Assembly (NCBI GenBank): GCA_002501605.1 | Contig: DANW01000030.1 | Span: forward strand, 24,553 to 88,552 | Source: Euryarchaeota archaeon UBA28 | Lineage (GTDB): Archaea; Thermoplasmatota; Poseidoniia; Poseidoniales; Thalassarchaeaceae | Length of the DNA stretch: 64,000 bases | Direction of reading: 5' to 3' | In this document: positions 8,722 to 18,200 of the stretch, one piece after another | Numbering within the stretch: the first letter of the stretch is position 1 | How the letters are laid out: each line of letters starts with the position of its first letter | Translations under genes and position numbers: made by a program | Notes under the pieces: generated by a model | Told to the model about the DNA's origin: nothing | Databases searched by the model: none | Seen by the model: the letters and a program-made list of their open reading frames with translations, nothing else

Positions 8722-10449
8722 TCATCTGTCGTAGTGTTCCCTAATTTTCTGAGCCATTAAAGTGCCTATTCCATTAACCGCCTTCAATTCATCAACACTA
8801 GCATGCTCGATACCCCTGCTCCCACCGAAATGCCTTAGCAGAGACTGTATTTTCTTGGCCCCCAAACCATCAATCTCTTCCAAAGGATCGCTGATTGAGC
8901 TCTTTCGCCTCCTCTTACTGTGGTACTGGTTGACGAATCGATGCGCCTCATCCCTAGAATGTATCAGAACTCTTCCTCGCCTATCCAGAATTACTGGTTC
9001 TTTGCCCTCAATAAAAAGAGTCTCTTCTCTCTTTGCTAGAGCCGCCAACACAAATTTTCCAGATAGATTGTTTTCTATTAGTGACCTAGTAATCGTAGAA
9101 AGGTGGGTCTCCCCTCCATCCAGAAGGAGTAAGTCGGGCCATTCTTTTTGCTTCTTGGCCCATCTTATCACAGACTCCTCCATCATCCTTAGATCATCTT
9201 CCCAATCCCCCCTGATTTTGTAAGTTCTGTACTCCTTCTTAGATGGCCTCCCGTGTCTGAAAACCACCGACGCCCCTACTCTTTCGGAGCCCATTAGCTG
9301 TGCCATGTCGAAGCACACAATATGATTCATAGAACTAATACCAAGCAACTCAGCGCAATCGTTAGCAGCTCTTTGCTCTAGGCTACCAGAGCTGTTCTTC
9401 TGAGCACTCACAACCAGAATCTCCGCATTCCTATCGGCCATCATCCTGAGCTTGGACAAGTCCCCCCTCAGAGGAACCCGGGCCTCAAATGCACCACCTC
9501 TCCTTCCCTTCAACCACATCTTCGTAGCCTCTCCTATTTCCGTGGGAAGAAGAAGGATCTTTGGTGGCCTCCTGTGGGCATAGTGTTCTGATAGAACGAG
9601 TGAAACAGACTCGGAAACATCTCCTCGATGAATCAATGGATATTCGGTCTTGCCTTGTACTACCCCCCCCTTAGCATGCAGAATAACTACAATCCCGGTA
9701 TCTCCGAGAGATGAGAATCCTATTGCATCACAATCTTGGTAGAATCTGCTGTGTATTATCTGATGTGAAAGACTACTCTGAATGGAAGCAATCATGTCTC
9801 TGAAATAGGCCGCTCTCTCATAGTTGAGACTCTCCGATGCCTCGTCCATCTCTTTTTGTAGGGAACGGGTTAGTACAGTCGCGTTACCGTCCAATACGCC
9901 TGTTACCGCTCTAACTATGTTCGGATATCCCTCCGGGTCGTAGCAGGGGCCCTTACAGAGGTTGATGTGCATCGCAAGACAACCCTCATCGCCCTTGCAA
10001 CTCTTGTCTCTTATACCGAATTGCTCCCTAAGTAACTGTATGATTCTCTTGGCGGCTCCGGCGTTGGTGAATGGCCCCCAAGACCTTGAACCTTCAGGGG
10101 GGTGACGAGTGTACATTATCCTCGGGTATTCCTCCTTGGTCAGAGAGATGTAGGGGTAAGACTTGTCATCCTTGAGTCTGGAGTTGAATTTGGGCTTGTG
10201 CTCCTTGATTAGATGTCTCTCCAGAGTCAGAGCTTCTGAGGGACTTTTTGTCACAATGAAGTCTACCTCATCAGCCTGTTCAATCAGTCTCGGTACCATC
10301 ACCCGACCGTCACTCCCAGAGAAGTAAGATGCCACCCTGCTCCTGATTTCAGTAGCCTTACCGACATACATCACCCGACCGTCATTGTTCCTGAATAGGT
10401 ACACTCCAGGCTTGCGCGGGAGGTCCAAAGATCCCTTCTCAACTGCCAT
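8722..10449 (-). CDS. uvrC: Excinuclease ABC subunit C (UvrC)
   Basis: N-terminal GIY-YIG (PGVYLFRNNDGRVMYVGKATEIRSRVASYF), a central UvrC domain and a C-terminal (HhH)2 region (IDGLGAKKIQSLLRHFGG...VNGIGTLMAQKI). The ORF-track start 10512 is GTG. ATG 10449 places the start about 15 aa before PGVY, as in bacterial UvrC, and ATG 10506 is also possible. Confidence 0.85.
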   Translation of the reverse strand: MAVEKGSLDLPRKPGVYLFRNNDGRVMYVGKATEIRSRVASYFSGSDGRVMVPRLIEQADEVDFIVTKSPSEALTLERHLIKEHKPKFNSRLKDDKSYPYISLTKEEYPRIMYTRHPPEGSRSWGPFTNAGAAKRIIQLLREQFGIRDKSCKGDEGCLAMHINLCKGPCYDPEGYPNIVRAVTGVLDGNATVLTRSLQKEMDEASESLNYERAAYFRDMIASIQSSLSHQIIHSRFYQDCDAIGFSSLGDTGIVVILHAKGGVVQGKTEYPLIHRGDVSESVSLVLSEHYAHRRPPKILLLPTEIGEATKMWLKGRRGGAFEARVPLRGDLSKLRMMADRNAEILVVSAQKNSSGSLEQRAANDCAELLGISSMNHIVCFDMAQLMGSERVGASVVFRHGRPSKKEYRTYKIRGDWEDDLRMMEESVIRWAKKQKEWPDLLLLDGGETHLSTITRSLIENNLSGKFVLAALAKREETLFIEGKEPVILDRRGRVLIHSRDEAHRFVNQYHSKRRRKSSISDPLEEIDGLGAKKIQSLLRHFGGSRGIEHASVDELKAVNGIGTLMAQKIREHYDR

Positions 10450-10522
10450 CTTCGTTGATGCGCCGTAGGTCAACGCCCATGAACCCGTGCCTTGCCTCAG
10501 GGCCATGCTCACCAGCTCCCAG

Positions 10523-12676
10523 ATGAGGATCCTCTCTCGGCTGGCAGAGTTTGGTGACCGCTTGGATAAAGCTTGGGACGTCCCCCGAGAGTTGTCATTA
10601 CCGGGACTAGCCGAATCTCTTGGAGTAGTCAGATCCGCATTGCACGCCCCGCTCTCTCAATTGGAATCAGAGGGGCTAATCTCGACTAGAAAGGCACAGG
10701 TGATTGGAGGGGGATCAAGGAAGAGGACGGTGGTGAACATTACAACTGAGGGAAGAAGAGTCATCTCCGAACAAGAACCATCTACTGCTCGGAGGAAAGA
10801 AGGAATAATCGGTCCGGCACCAGATCCCATCGTTATCCATGGTCGATATTCCGAGATTCAAGAAATTTTAGAACTAGTCAAGGAAGGAAGGTCAACAATA
10901 ATTAGTGGACTACCAGGAATCGGCAAGTCAACACTTGCGAGGGCAGTATCTTCTGATCTGGATGACCTAGGATGGACGATTAGATGGGCGAATTGCTCAT
11001 TGGGAACCGATGTAAGGTCAGTTGGAGAAATGTGGTTAGACAAATCTTCCCCCTCGACTATTGAAGCAATAGTTGAAGCCCTCCCCATGAGTAAAACTCT
11101 TCTAGTTCTGGATGAGGCACAGGAATTGCACCCAAGGCATTCGAAGTCTATTGGTGACCTTGTCTCAGAAGCATCATCTCGTTGTCCGGTCCTCCTAGTG
11201 GTAAGAGCCCCAAACCCACTTGAGATTGAGGAGAAATTCTATGATTTACGTCTAGAAGGACTAGAGGCTGAGCATGCAGTAAAACTACTATTCGAAGGGA
11301 CAGATCCAAATACAGCTGAAGCAGTATCAGACTCCCTTGGAGGGCATCCACTAGCAATCAGACTTTGGACTCCAGAAGAGGGAGTTCCCGAGAAAACCAA
11401 AGCAGTTTTGGATTACGTTAAGGACACTGTAATTAGTAGGCTTTCAGAACAGGGCATGAAAACTCTGGACGAATTATCCATTGCACCTTTTCCATTGGGT
11501 TCTGAAGAGCTAAACTCCGAAGCAGGGATTGCAGAGTTAGACAATTCCGCAGTTTTGAAGTGGTCGGATGAGCTAATGGAAACACACCATCTCGTCAGAA
11601 ACGTGAGAAAGGCTACATTGGATCAAGAGACTCTGTCTAGGATGCATCATACCGAAGCTAAGAAGTGGTCAGCCAAAGAGGGCGAAAGGGCTAGGAAGAT
11701 TGAGGCCTATCACAGATCTATGTCAGGTCAAGATGATGATGTAGAATGGATAGAGGAAAACATCAGATTAATTTCCATCCACGATAGCTCGATGGCGACA
11801 GTAGTGATAGAGAACGCATTGAACCTAAATGATAACCAGAAACTAAGAGGCGACGCGGCATTACTCGCATTGGATAGAGGAGAGACAAGGATCGCACAGA
11901 CACATATAGCGAAGATGAATCATGGCCCCTCAAAGAAACTGTTCGAATCAAGACTGGCTAGGATGGATGGTAAGTTATCTGATGCCCAGAGGCTGGAGGA
12001 GGAGGCCATATCTCTGTCCGACCCAAGCCAACGTGCCAGGATCGAGATTTCGTCAGTAATCAGGAGATTCGATGACAGACTCCCCGGGAGGATGAGTAAA
12101 TCAGAGTCCGATGGGATACTAAATCAGATTTCCAGAATCAGATTGGATGAGATTCCATCGGAAGAGAAGGAATCAGCTATCCTGTCTCTGGAGTTGGTAA
12201 AATATGGAATTGCCCTCAATAACTCCGATCTAGCAGGTGCGTCAAAATCTAGAGCGGAGATTGAATCAAGGGTTTCTGGGGAAGATATTATTTTGGATAT
12301 CCTAGATACCAAGGCTGCAATCTCGAGAATAGTGGAAGGTAAATTGTCTGAGGGAGCAATCTCGTCCGCCGAAGACCTAATTTCCAGGATAAGCGATTGT
12401 CCCAGTAGAATAAGTGTCATTCATGCAACGCTCGAAGCAGTAGGGACTGAGATTCCAGATTGGCTCGCTAGTGCCCATAGAGAATCATGTATGTATAATC
12501 TCAGGGAGGATATCCCGTCTCACAGAAGACTGTCTGCACATAGGTGGTACTGGAGGGGAATTATGGAACCATCTAACCGGATCTCACACTGGACCGAGGC
12601 CATAAGCAGATTCAAAGCAGCTGAATGCAGAAATGCTGCCAACGACCTCCTCGCTATGTTGTCCAAGGGAATCTAG
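10523..12676 (+). CDS. N-terminal winged-HTH fused to a STAND-type P-loop NTPase (NB-ARC-like) with C-terminal helical/TPR-like repeats. Putative signal-transducing regulator.
   Basis: The wHTH is MRILSRLAEFGD...LAESLGVVRSALHAPLSQLESEGLI. Walker A is ISGLPGIGKSTLA (nt ~10901-10939) and Walker B is LLVLDEAQ. A GxP motif LGGHPLAI (nt ~11338-11358), characteristic of NB-ARC/STAND, follows, and then about 400 aa of helical repeats. The candidate starts are ATG 10505 or 10523, and the ORF-track GTG 10487 overlaps uvrC. Confidence 0.6.
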   Translation: MRILSRLAEFGDRLDKAWDVPRELSLPGLAESLGVVRSALHAPLSQLESEGLISTRKAQVIGGGSRKRTVVNITTEGRRVISEQEPSTARRKEGIIGPAPDPIVIHGRYSEIQEILELVKEGRSTIISGLPGIGKSTLARAVSSDLDDLGWTIRWANCSLGTDVRSVGEMWLDKSSPSTIEAIVEALPMSKTLLVLDEAQELHPRHSKSIGDLVSEASSRCPVLLVVRAPNPLEIEEKFYDLRLEGLEAEHAVKLLFEGTDPNTAEAVSDSLGGHPLAIRLWTPEEGVPEKTKAVLDYVKDTVISRLSEQGMKTLDELSIAPFPLGSEELNSEAGIAELDNSAVLKWSDELMETHHLVRNVRKATLDQETLSRMHHTEAKKWSAKEGERARKIEAYHRSMSGQDDDVEWIEENIRLISIHDSSMATVVIENALNLNDNQKLRGDAALLALDRGETRIAQTHIAKMNHGPSKKLFESRLARMDGKLSDAQRLEEEAISLSDPSQRARIEISSVIRRFDDRLPGRMSKSESDGILNQISRIRLDEIPSEEKESAILSLELVKYGIALNNSDLAGASKSRAEIESRVSGEDIILDILDTKAAISRIVEGKLSEGAISSAEDLISRISDCPSRISVIHATLEAVGTEIPDWLASAHRESCMYNLREDIPSHRRLSAHRWYWRGIMEPSNRISHWTEAISRFKAAECRNAANDLLAMLSKGI

Positions 12677-14670
12677 CTTCCTTCCTCGAAGCCATCCTCA
12701 GTAACGATGTCCCCGACTACCTCTTCAATCTCATCGTCCGGGTAGTCTTCACTATCAATCAACCTCTCAAGCTTGGCCCACTGGAATCCTGCTACGATAA
12801 GGGCGACCAAAAGGAGTATTGCGATGAATGACAGAACTCCAAAGATCACCACTCCCATAGAATCCCCCTCGCCAGACTCCTGTGCCTTCTCTTCGCCAAC
12901 GATGTAAATTGCTGTGGCCAAGTTCGTAGAGGACTCGGCCCCAGATATTGCCCTAACCAGAATCACCTGCGACCCCTCGATAGTATTGTTGGGGAGGTAC
13001 TGGAGTCTGTCAACCAGGAGGCTGTGTGAGACTTCAAAATCCGTTTCTCCAGGATTAAACTCAGGGAGGTCCATCCAGTTGTCACGCATGTCCCATGTCC
13101 TCCATTGAACACGTTGTATTCCGCCTTCCAAATTGTAGGAAATGGAATCTCCAGGATTAATCCAGACCCTATTGTCGATACCGTAATCACTTGCCAAGGT
13201 AACATTCAGAGTGAGACTCAGCTCGTAGTTGTAATTCGCAGCCTCTTCGACTGCTGGCTGGGCGTTGACATGTCCGTGACCATACACGTTATTCTGACGA
13301 TTTTTTGGAATTGCATCCTCAGCACAGGGCTCGTTTGCCAACATGTAATGGCATTCTCGATATGTGGCAGTCTCCTGCATTATGTTTCGAATATCAAAGG
13401 GACTCAGATCAGGATTAGCTTGGTACATTAGAACGGCGACACCAGCCGCGCCTGGGGTTGCCATGCTAGTTCCGGAGAGCGCTACATAGCCGTCTCCCGT
13501 ATTTGCGTCTGGGGCATTAACACTACTTCCTACAAATGCCACGTTTGGTTTGACCCTACCCTCCTCTGTCGGGCCTTGGCTTGAATATACAGCGATTGCA
13601 GTATTTTTGTCTAGTGAACCTACGGTAATAACGTCCTCCGCGCTTCCTGGTGTCCCAATCGTTGCGGTCCCTCCACTGTTTCCAGCTGCAATGAAAAGAG
13701 TGACTCCGGCCCTCATCATTTCGTTTGCCATCCTGTTAACCGACTCTTCTTCCGAAGAAGTCCATTCTATTGCTCCTGTGAGAGCTCCTAGACTCATGCT
13801 AGCTGCTCTGATATTGAATTCATGCCTCTTCTCAACAGTCCATTCCATTCCGGCCATGACTGCGGCGAAAGATCCGCTTCCACCACCGTCTAGCACCTTG
13901 ACACCAACCAAATTTGCCCGAGGGGCCACGCCAATGTGCCGGTAATCAGGGGCGCCCGTACCAGCGGTGATACCTGCACAGTGAGTGCCATGCCCGTTGT
14001 CATCATAGGGGAATATCTCCGTTCCATTCGTCGCCCCGGGATTATTTATGGCGTCATAGAATGCTACGATTTTGGGGTCATTTGTCGTGTTGTCATCATC
14101 CAAATCGTCCAGAGCGGTGTGGTTACCGTCGATTCCAGTATCAATTATTGCCATTGTCACTCCTTCACCGGTGTAACCAGTGTCCTGCCATACCAAATCA
14201 ACACCGTGAGCTGGAACGACATCCTCCATCTGAATCCCGAGTATTCCGTCCAGCTCTACGAAAACAACGCCTGGAAGATCGACTAGCTCGTGAATTCTGT
14301 TCAACTCCACGGTCCCTGCGATTGAATCAATTAGCCAGTATCTAAACTCCAACTCGAAGTCGACCTCACTAGACAACATCTTCTCATCATCTTCCGTCGG
14401 GGTGTGATCAAAGTCGACTATGACGGATATTCTGCCATTTTCATCTAGGTAGTCGTGTTGATTGTTCTGGGCTGCAATCCAAATAGCATCATGGACGAAA
14501 TCACCGTCTAAGTCCATACTTGTATCCATCCACCATTTCTCATCCGTGGGCGAATCCTCATTGAATGGAGAGGAACTGGCAGTGACAATGGTTGGAAGAA
14601 GCATCATCAAGAAGAAGACCAATGAGGCCATCTTCCTCCTTGTCTCAGCCTCAAATAACGCACCACTCAT
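12673..14670 (-). CDS. Secreted subtilisin-like serine protease (peptidase S8A) with a C-terminal membrane anchor
   Basis: Catalytic triad motifs in order: AIIDTGIDGNH (Asp), HGTHCAGI (His), GTSMATPGAAG (Ser). The signal peptide is MASLVFFLMMLLPTIVTASS, with an alternative start ATG 14631. The C-terminus has a TM helix VIFGVLSFIAILLLVALIVAGF followed by an acidic tail. Confidence 0.8.
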   Translation of the reverse strand: MSGALFEAETRRKMASLVFFLMMLLPTIVTASSSPFNEDSPTDEKWWMDTSMDLDGDFVHDAIWIAAQNNQHDYLDENGRISVIVDFDHTPTEDDEKMLSSEVDFELEFRYWLIDSIAGTVELNRIHELVDLPGVVFVELDGILGIQMEDVVPAHGVDLVWQDTGYTGEGVTMAIIDTGIDGNHTALDDLDDDNTTNDPKIVAFYDAINNPGATNGTEIFPYDDNGHGTHCAGITAGTGAPDYRHIGVAPRANLVGVKVLDGGGSGSFAAVMAGMEWTVEKRHEFNIRAASMSLGALTGAIEWTSSEEESVNRMANEMMRAGVTLFIAAGNSGGTATIGTPGSAEDVITVGSLDKNTAIAVYSSQGPTEEGRVKPNVAFVGSSVNAPDANTGDGYVALSGTSMATPGAAGVAVLMYQANPDLSPFDIRNIMQETATYRECHYMLANEPCAEDAIPKNRQNNVYGHGHVNAQPAVEEAANYNYELSLTLNVTLASDYGIDNRVWINPGDSISYNLEGGIQRVQWRTWDMRDNWMDLPEFNPGETDFEVSHSLLVDRLQYLPNNTIEGSQVILVRAISGAESSTNLATAIYIVGEEKAQESGEGDSMGVVIFGVLSFIAILLLVALIVAGFQWAKLERLIDSEDYPDDEIEEVVGDIVTEDGFEEGS

Positions 14671-14900
14671 ATCTCAGCACCAATCAGTGTCCTAGTCTCC
14701 GCGATACCCTCTATTGACCTGATTTCCTGAACAACGCACTTGGTCAATTCCTCATCATCCTCTGCTTCGACTTTAACGAAAAGGTCATGCATGCCGAAGA
14801 CAATCCACTGTCCTGAAACGTGCTCTATTTTGGAAACCGCTTCCCTAACAGAGACCTCGGCCCCGGGCTCGGTAGTAATCAGAACAAACCCGACAGCCAT
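14667..14900 (-). CDS. Stand-alone RAM domain protein (Lrp/AsnC C-terminal ligand-binding domain-like, about 77 aa)
   Basis: The sequence AVGFVLITTEPGAEVSVREAVSKIEHVSGQWIVFGMHDLFVKVEAEDDEELTKCVVQEIRSIEGIAETRTLIGAEI follows the RAM/ACT-like pattern of Lrp/AsnC C-domains (AFILIKV..G....V.......V......G.YDLL.KV...D...L..F....I..I.GV..T.T.I). Its stop overlaps the subtilisin start by 4 nt. It starts at ATG 14900 or GTG 14906. Confidence 0.5.
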   Translation of the reverse strand: MAVGFVLITTEPGAEVSVREAVSKIEHVSGQWIVFGMHDLFVKVEAEDDEELTKCVVQEIRSIEGIAETRTLIGAEI

Positions 14901-14902
14901 AA

Positions 14903-15135
14903 TCACACCTCTACCGCAATTAGAGTCTCAGTCCTGACTACTCCCTCTATCGATCTCATCTGACCTATCAGTGTCCTAGCCATCTGTTGCTCGTCTTCGA
15001 AATCAATGCGAGCAACCAGATCATATTCCCCATAAGAAACATGGGTCTCTGAAACGGCTTCAAGATCCAGAAGTGTTAGGTATACGTCCAATTCTTTCTG
15101 AGGGGCGGTTTTAATCAGGACGAACGCAGTACTCA
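14903..15135 (-). CDS. Stand-alone RAM domain protein, paralog of the previous gene (about 77 aa)
   Basis: STAFVLIKTAPQKELDVYLTLLDLEAVSETHVSYGEYDLVARIDFEDEQQMARTLIGQMRSIEGVVRTETLIAVEV aligns along its length with the downstream paralog. The likely start is GTG at 15133-15135, which gives the same length as the paralog, and the ORF-track start is TTG 15202. Its stop overlaps the next start by 4 nt. Confidence 0.45.
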
Positions 15136-15243
15136 CAACAACCCCAACTCTCCCCAATACTTCCTGCTTATGACCTCTCCTATCCCATAAACTCCAACTC
15201 AATGGTACGAAGGGATAACATGGAATGAGTCAACCCAAAGCAT

Positions 15244-18200
15244 GTGCGTGTCCCAGACTACAGGCCGAGAATAGCATTCGCTATTGTGGCTTTACTCATT
15301 TTGGTATCATGCTCTAATCTCGTTTCGTCCTCCGAATCAAGAACGACCACTGTTTGGTCTGGAAACGTCATTCTACCCGATGGCTATCTCGTTGATTCGG
15401 GGGAGGTCCTCTCAATCTCTGCTGGGACCACTGTAAGTATCGGATCAGGACATTCACTGGATGTTGATGGAAGAATCATCATCTCAGGCAGTGTTTCATC
15501 TCCGGTGGTCATAAACTCAATTTCTGGGAATCACGAGGGCTTGGTATTCAATTACTCGAGTGACGGCCTCGGATCTAGGGTCGACAACTTATCAGTAGTA
15601 GATTCCAAATACGGCGTAACAATCTATGGTAGCGATCCAGTTATCTCAAATCTGACGGTGAATAACGCTGACAGCGTCGCAGTTGACCTGTATGGGGGCG
15701 CCTCACCCTTAATCGTCGATCTTGTTATTTCGGGCGGAGGGCAAGACGTACACGGATTCTCGACAACATGGAGGTATGGAATAGGCCTATCGATTGGCGC
15801 ATATTCCACACCGATTGTCAGAGGCGCCCAGATTGACGGATTGATTACCAGAGGAGTCAATCATTGGGGGAATTCAGGCGGACTACTGTCAGATCTAGTC
15901 ATCTCAAACATAAGCGGATCTACAATGGCAATCGCCGCAGGAATCTGGGTCGAGGACTCAATTCCCCTGATCGAGGACTCGATAATAAGCAGATCGGACA
16001 ACGGTATATTCGTCAGGCACATCACGGATGGATGGACGACCAGGCCCACCTTTGAGAGCGTAGTTGTAGAAAGCTCGATGTACAGGGGGGTTATGGTTGA
16101 GCAGTACAATCACAGCCAATATTCCAACCTGCCACTGAATGCTATATTCAACGACATTACAGTTAGGGGAACAGGAGGTCCGGGGGCAAAAACATCCGGA
16201 CTTTCTGTGGCAGCATTCGATATCAACACAAGTGGGGTGCACATAGATGTCGGGTTGATAGAAGACAACTCAGCAGTCGGATTGAGAGGTTATATGATAG
16301 ACTCCTCTACGATAATCAACAGACTCAACATAATCGGTAACGGCAACCCATCAGCAATCTCCCCCTACAATGACAGAGCTGGTATGTTCTTCAGAAGCGC
16401 TAACTGGGCTCCTACAGTTAACGACCTAGTTGTTCGTAATTCAACGGGTCCGGGCGTACTACTCTGGAAAGGAGGAATTCAGGGTAGTTACTGGGACATC
16501 AGTAACAATGGAGCCACTGGTTTGGATATCAGAGAGTTTCATCCAGATCTGTTCTTAGTATCCAGTCACAATAACTCAGGTCATGGCGTATCCGTGATTG
16601 ACTCCAGCAATGTCGAGCTAGAGCAGATCCACACCTCTCATAATGGCCTAGGGACCGTCCTCCCGTCTTCTGGAGCGGGCATATACTTTGACGAATCAAA
16701 TGATGTGGTGAGTGCCGGGAAGAATGTCAGTTGCACGAATTGCTCATCATCCCATGATCAGCATGGGGTGGTTATTAGAGATAGTATTGACATATTCCTT
16801 GATGGAATAACGTCAAGAGAACCTCTTTTCGGACCCGCATTGGACATCGACAATAGTGGGATAACAGAGAGGGAGGGAAGGGTCTCACTATCAAATATAA
16901 CCGTATTTCAGAACTCAAGCACTCATTCTGTAGAACTCAATTTGGCAGATGCGACAATCGATAATCTGGAGATTGTCGGCTCCAATTATGGAGTGAAATG
17001 GAGTGCTATCGGAGGCATGACTTCATACCTCAACTCAAGCCTAATCAGGGGTTCACAAGGTTGCATGGAATTGATAGATCATACTGATTTGGTTTCATCA
17101 TCGGTTCTCTTCGAGTGCGAGGGCGCAAATCCCTCTGTTTCCTCCTCCTTCGTTAATTTCACGGACTCCTCTTTTTCTACAGCGTTGGGAATGTCTGAAA
17201 CATTCTCCACTCTTGGTAACTCCCATATCAGGTGGATATCATCGTCGCGGATCGCAACACCCAACTTCACAGGCTCTGACAATATTGTCGATCTAATGTG
17301 GTTCGTAGAAGCGAATGTCGTCAATCAGAATCTCAGGAACATCCCATTCTCAGACGTCAATTTTTCATTCGATCAGCTTGAGATAGAATTCAACCACACC
17401 CTGCCTTATTCGGGCAGGGAAGTAGTCGGGCCTTTCATCGGTCAGAGGTGGACCCCTGTCCAGGGCTGGTCTCAGAATACTACAATGAGCCCAGGGTGTG
17501 ATTATGATGGCGTCCACAATGACTCGGCACCGATTCAGCTAACTTCGGACTCAGTGGTGATTTGTATGGTAGAGATCACCAATCAGCCCCCATTCATTAT
17601 ATGGAGCACTCCAGAAGACGAGTCCGTTTATCCCAGTGGCTCTCCTGTCTATTTCAGAGGGAATGAATCCTGGGACTTGGACGATGATGATCTGAGTTAT
17701 ACTTGGACCAGTAGCATCGATGGAGTACTTGCAATGACTGGGGGCGAAGGGCCCTGTTCAGGGACCGCTGTTGGAAACGCCTCGAGCTTCATGGCCAATG
17801 ACTGGGCAGGAGCTAGCCAATGCCTCTCAGATGGATTACATTTGATTACCCTAGAGGTGTGTGATCCAACTCATTGCATTACAGAGGAGAGAGAAATCGA
17901 ACTGGTAAATCTCCCCCCAGTGCTTTCCGTCGGAACTTCTCCATCCGTCTCTTCATGGGGGACTTTGTACCTAGGGCAAACCGCCAATGTCACGGTCTTT
18001 ATGTCTGGGACCTATGACCCAGAGGGAGATGATTTGGAATGCTGGATAGGCGCCTCTTACGAGGAAAATGCCAGCCTCCCACCCAATCCTCCAAATGGGT
18101 GCCCGCTGGAGTTGAACAGGTCTTTCCCGGGGGCCCCGAGTCAGTTCTCGGTCACCGTCTACGCGTCAGACGGGAACAATCCAGCCTCCACATGGACATT

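Noticed and set aside
8762-9223. 153-aa plus-strand ORF inside uvrC
   Set aside because: It is antisense to the well-conserved UvrC C-terminal domain and has no homology.
12625-14345. Plus-strand ORFs inside the subtilisin gene (12625..12831, 12914.., 13105.., 13550.., 13936.., 14061..)
   Set aside because: They lie antisense to a well-supported S8 protease CDS. Long antisense ORFs are expected at about 50% GC.
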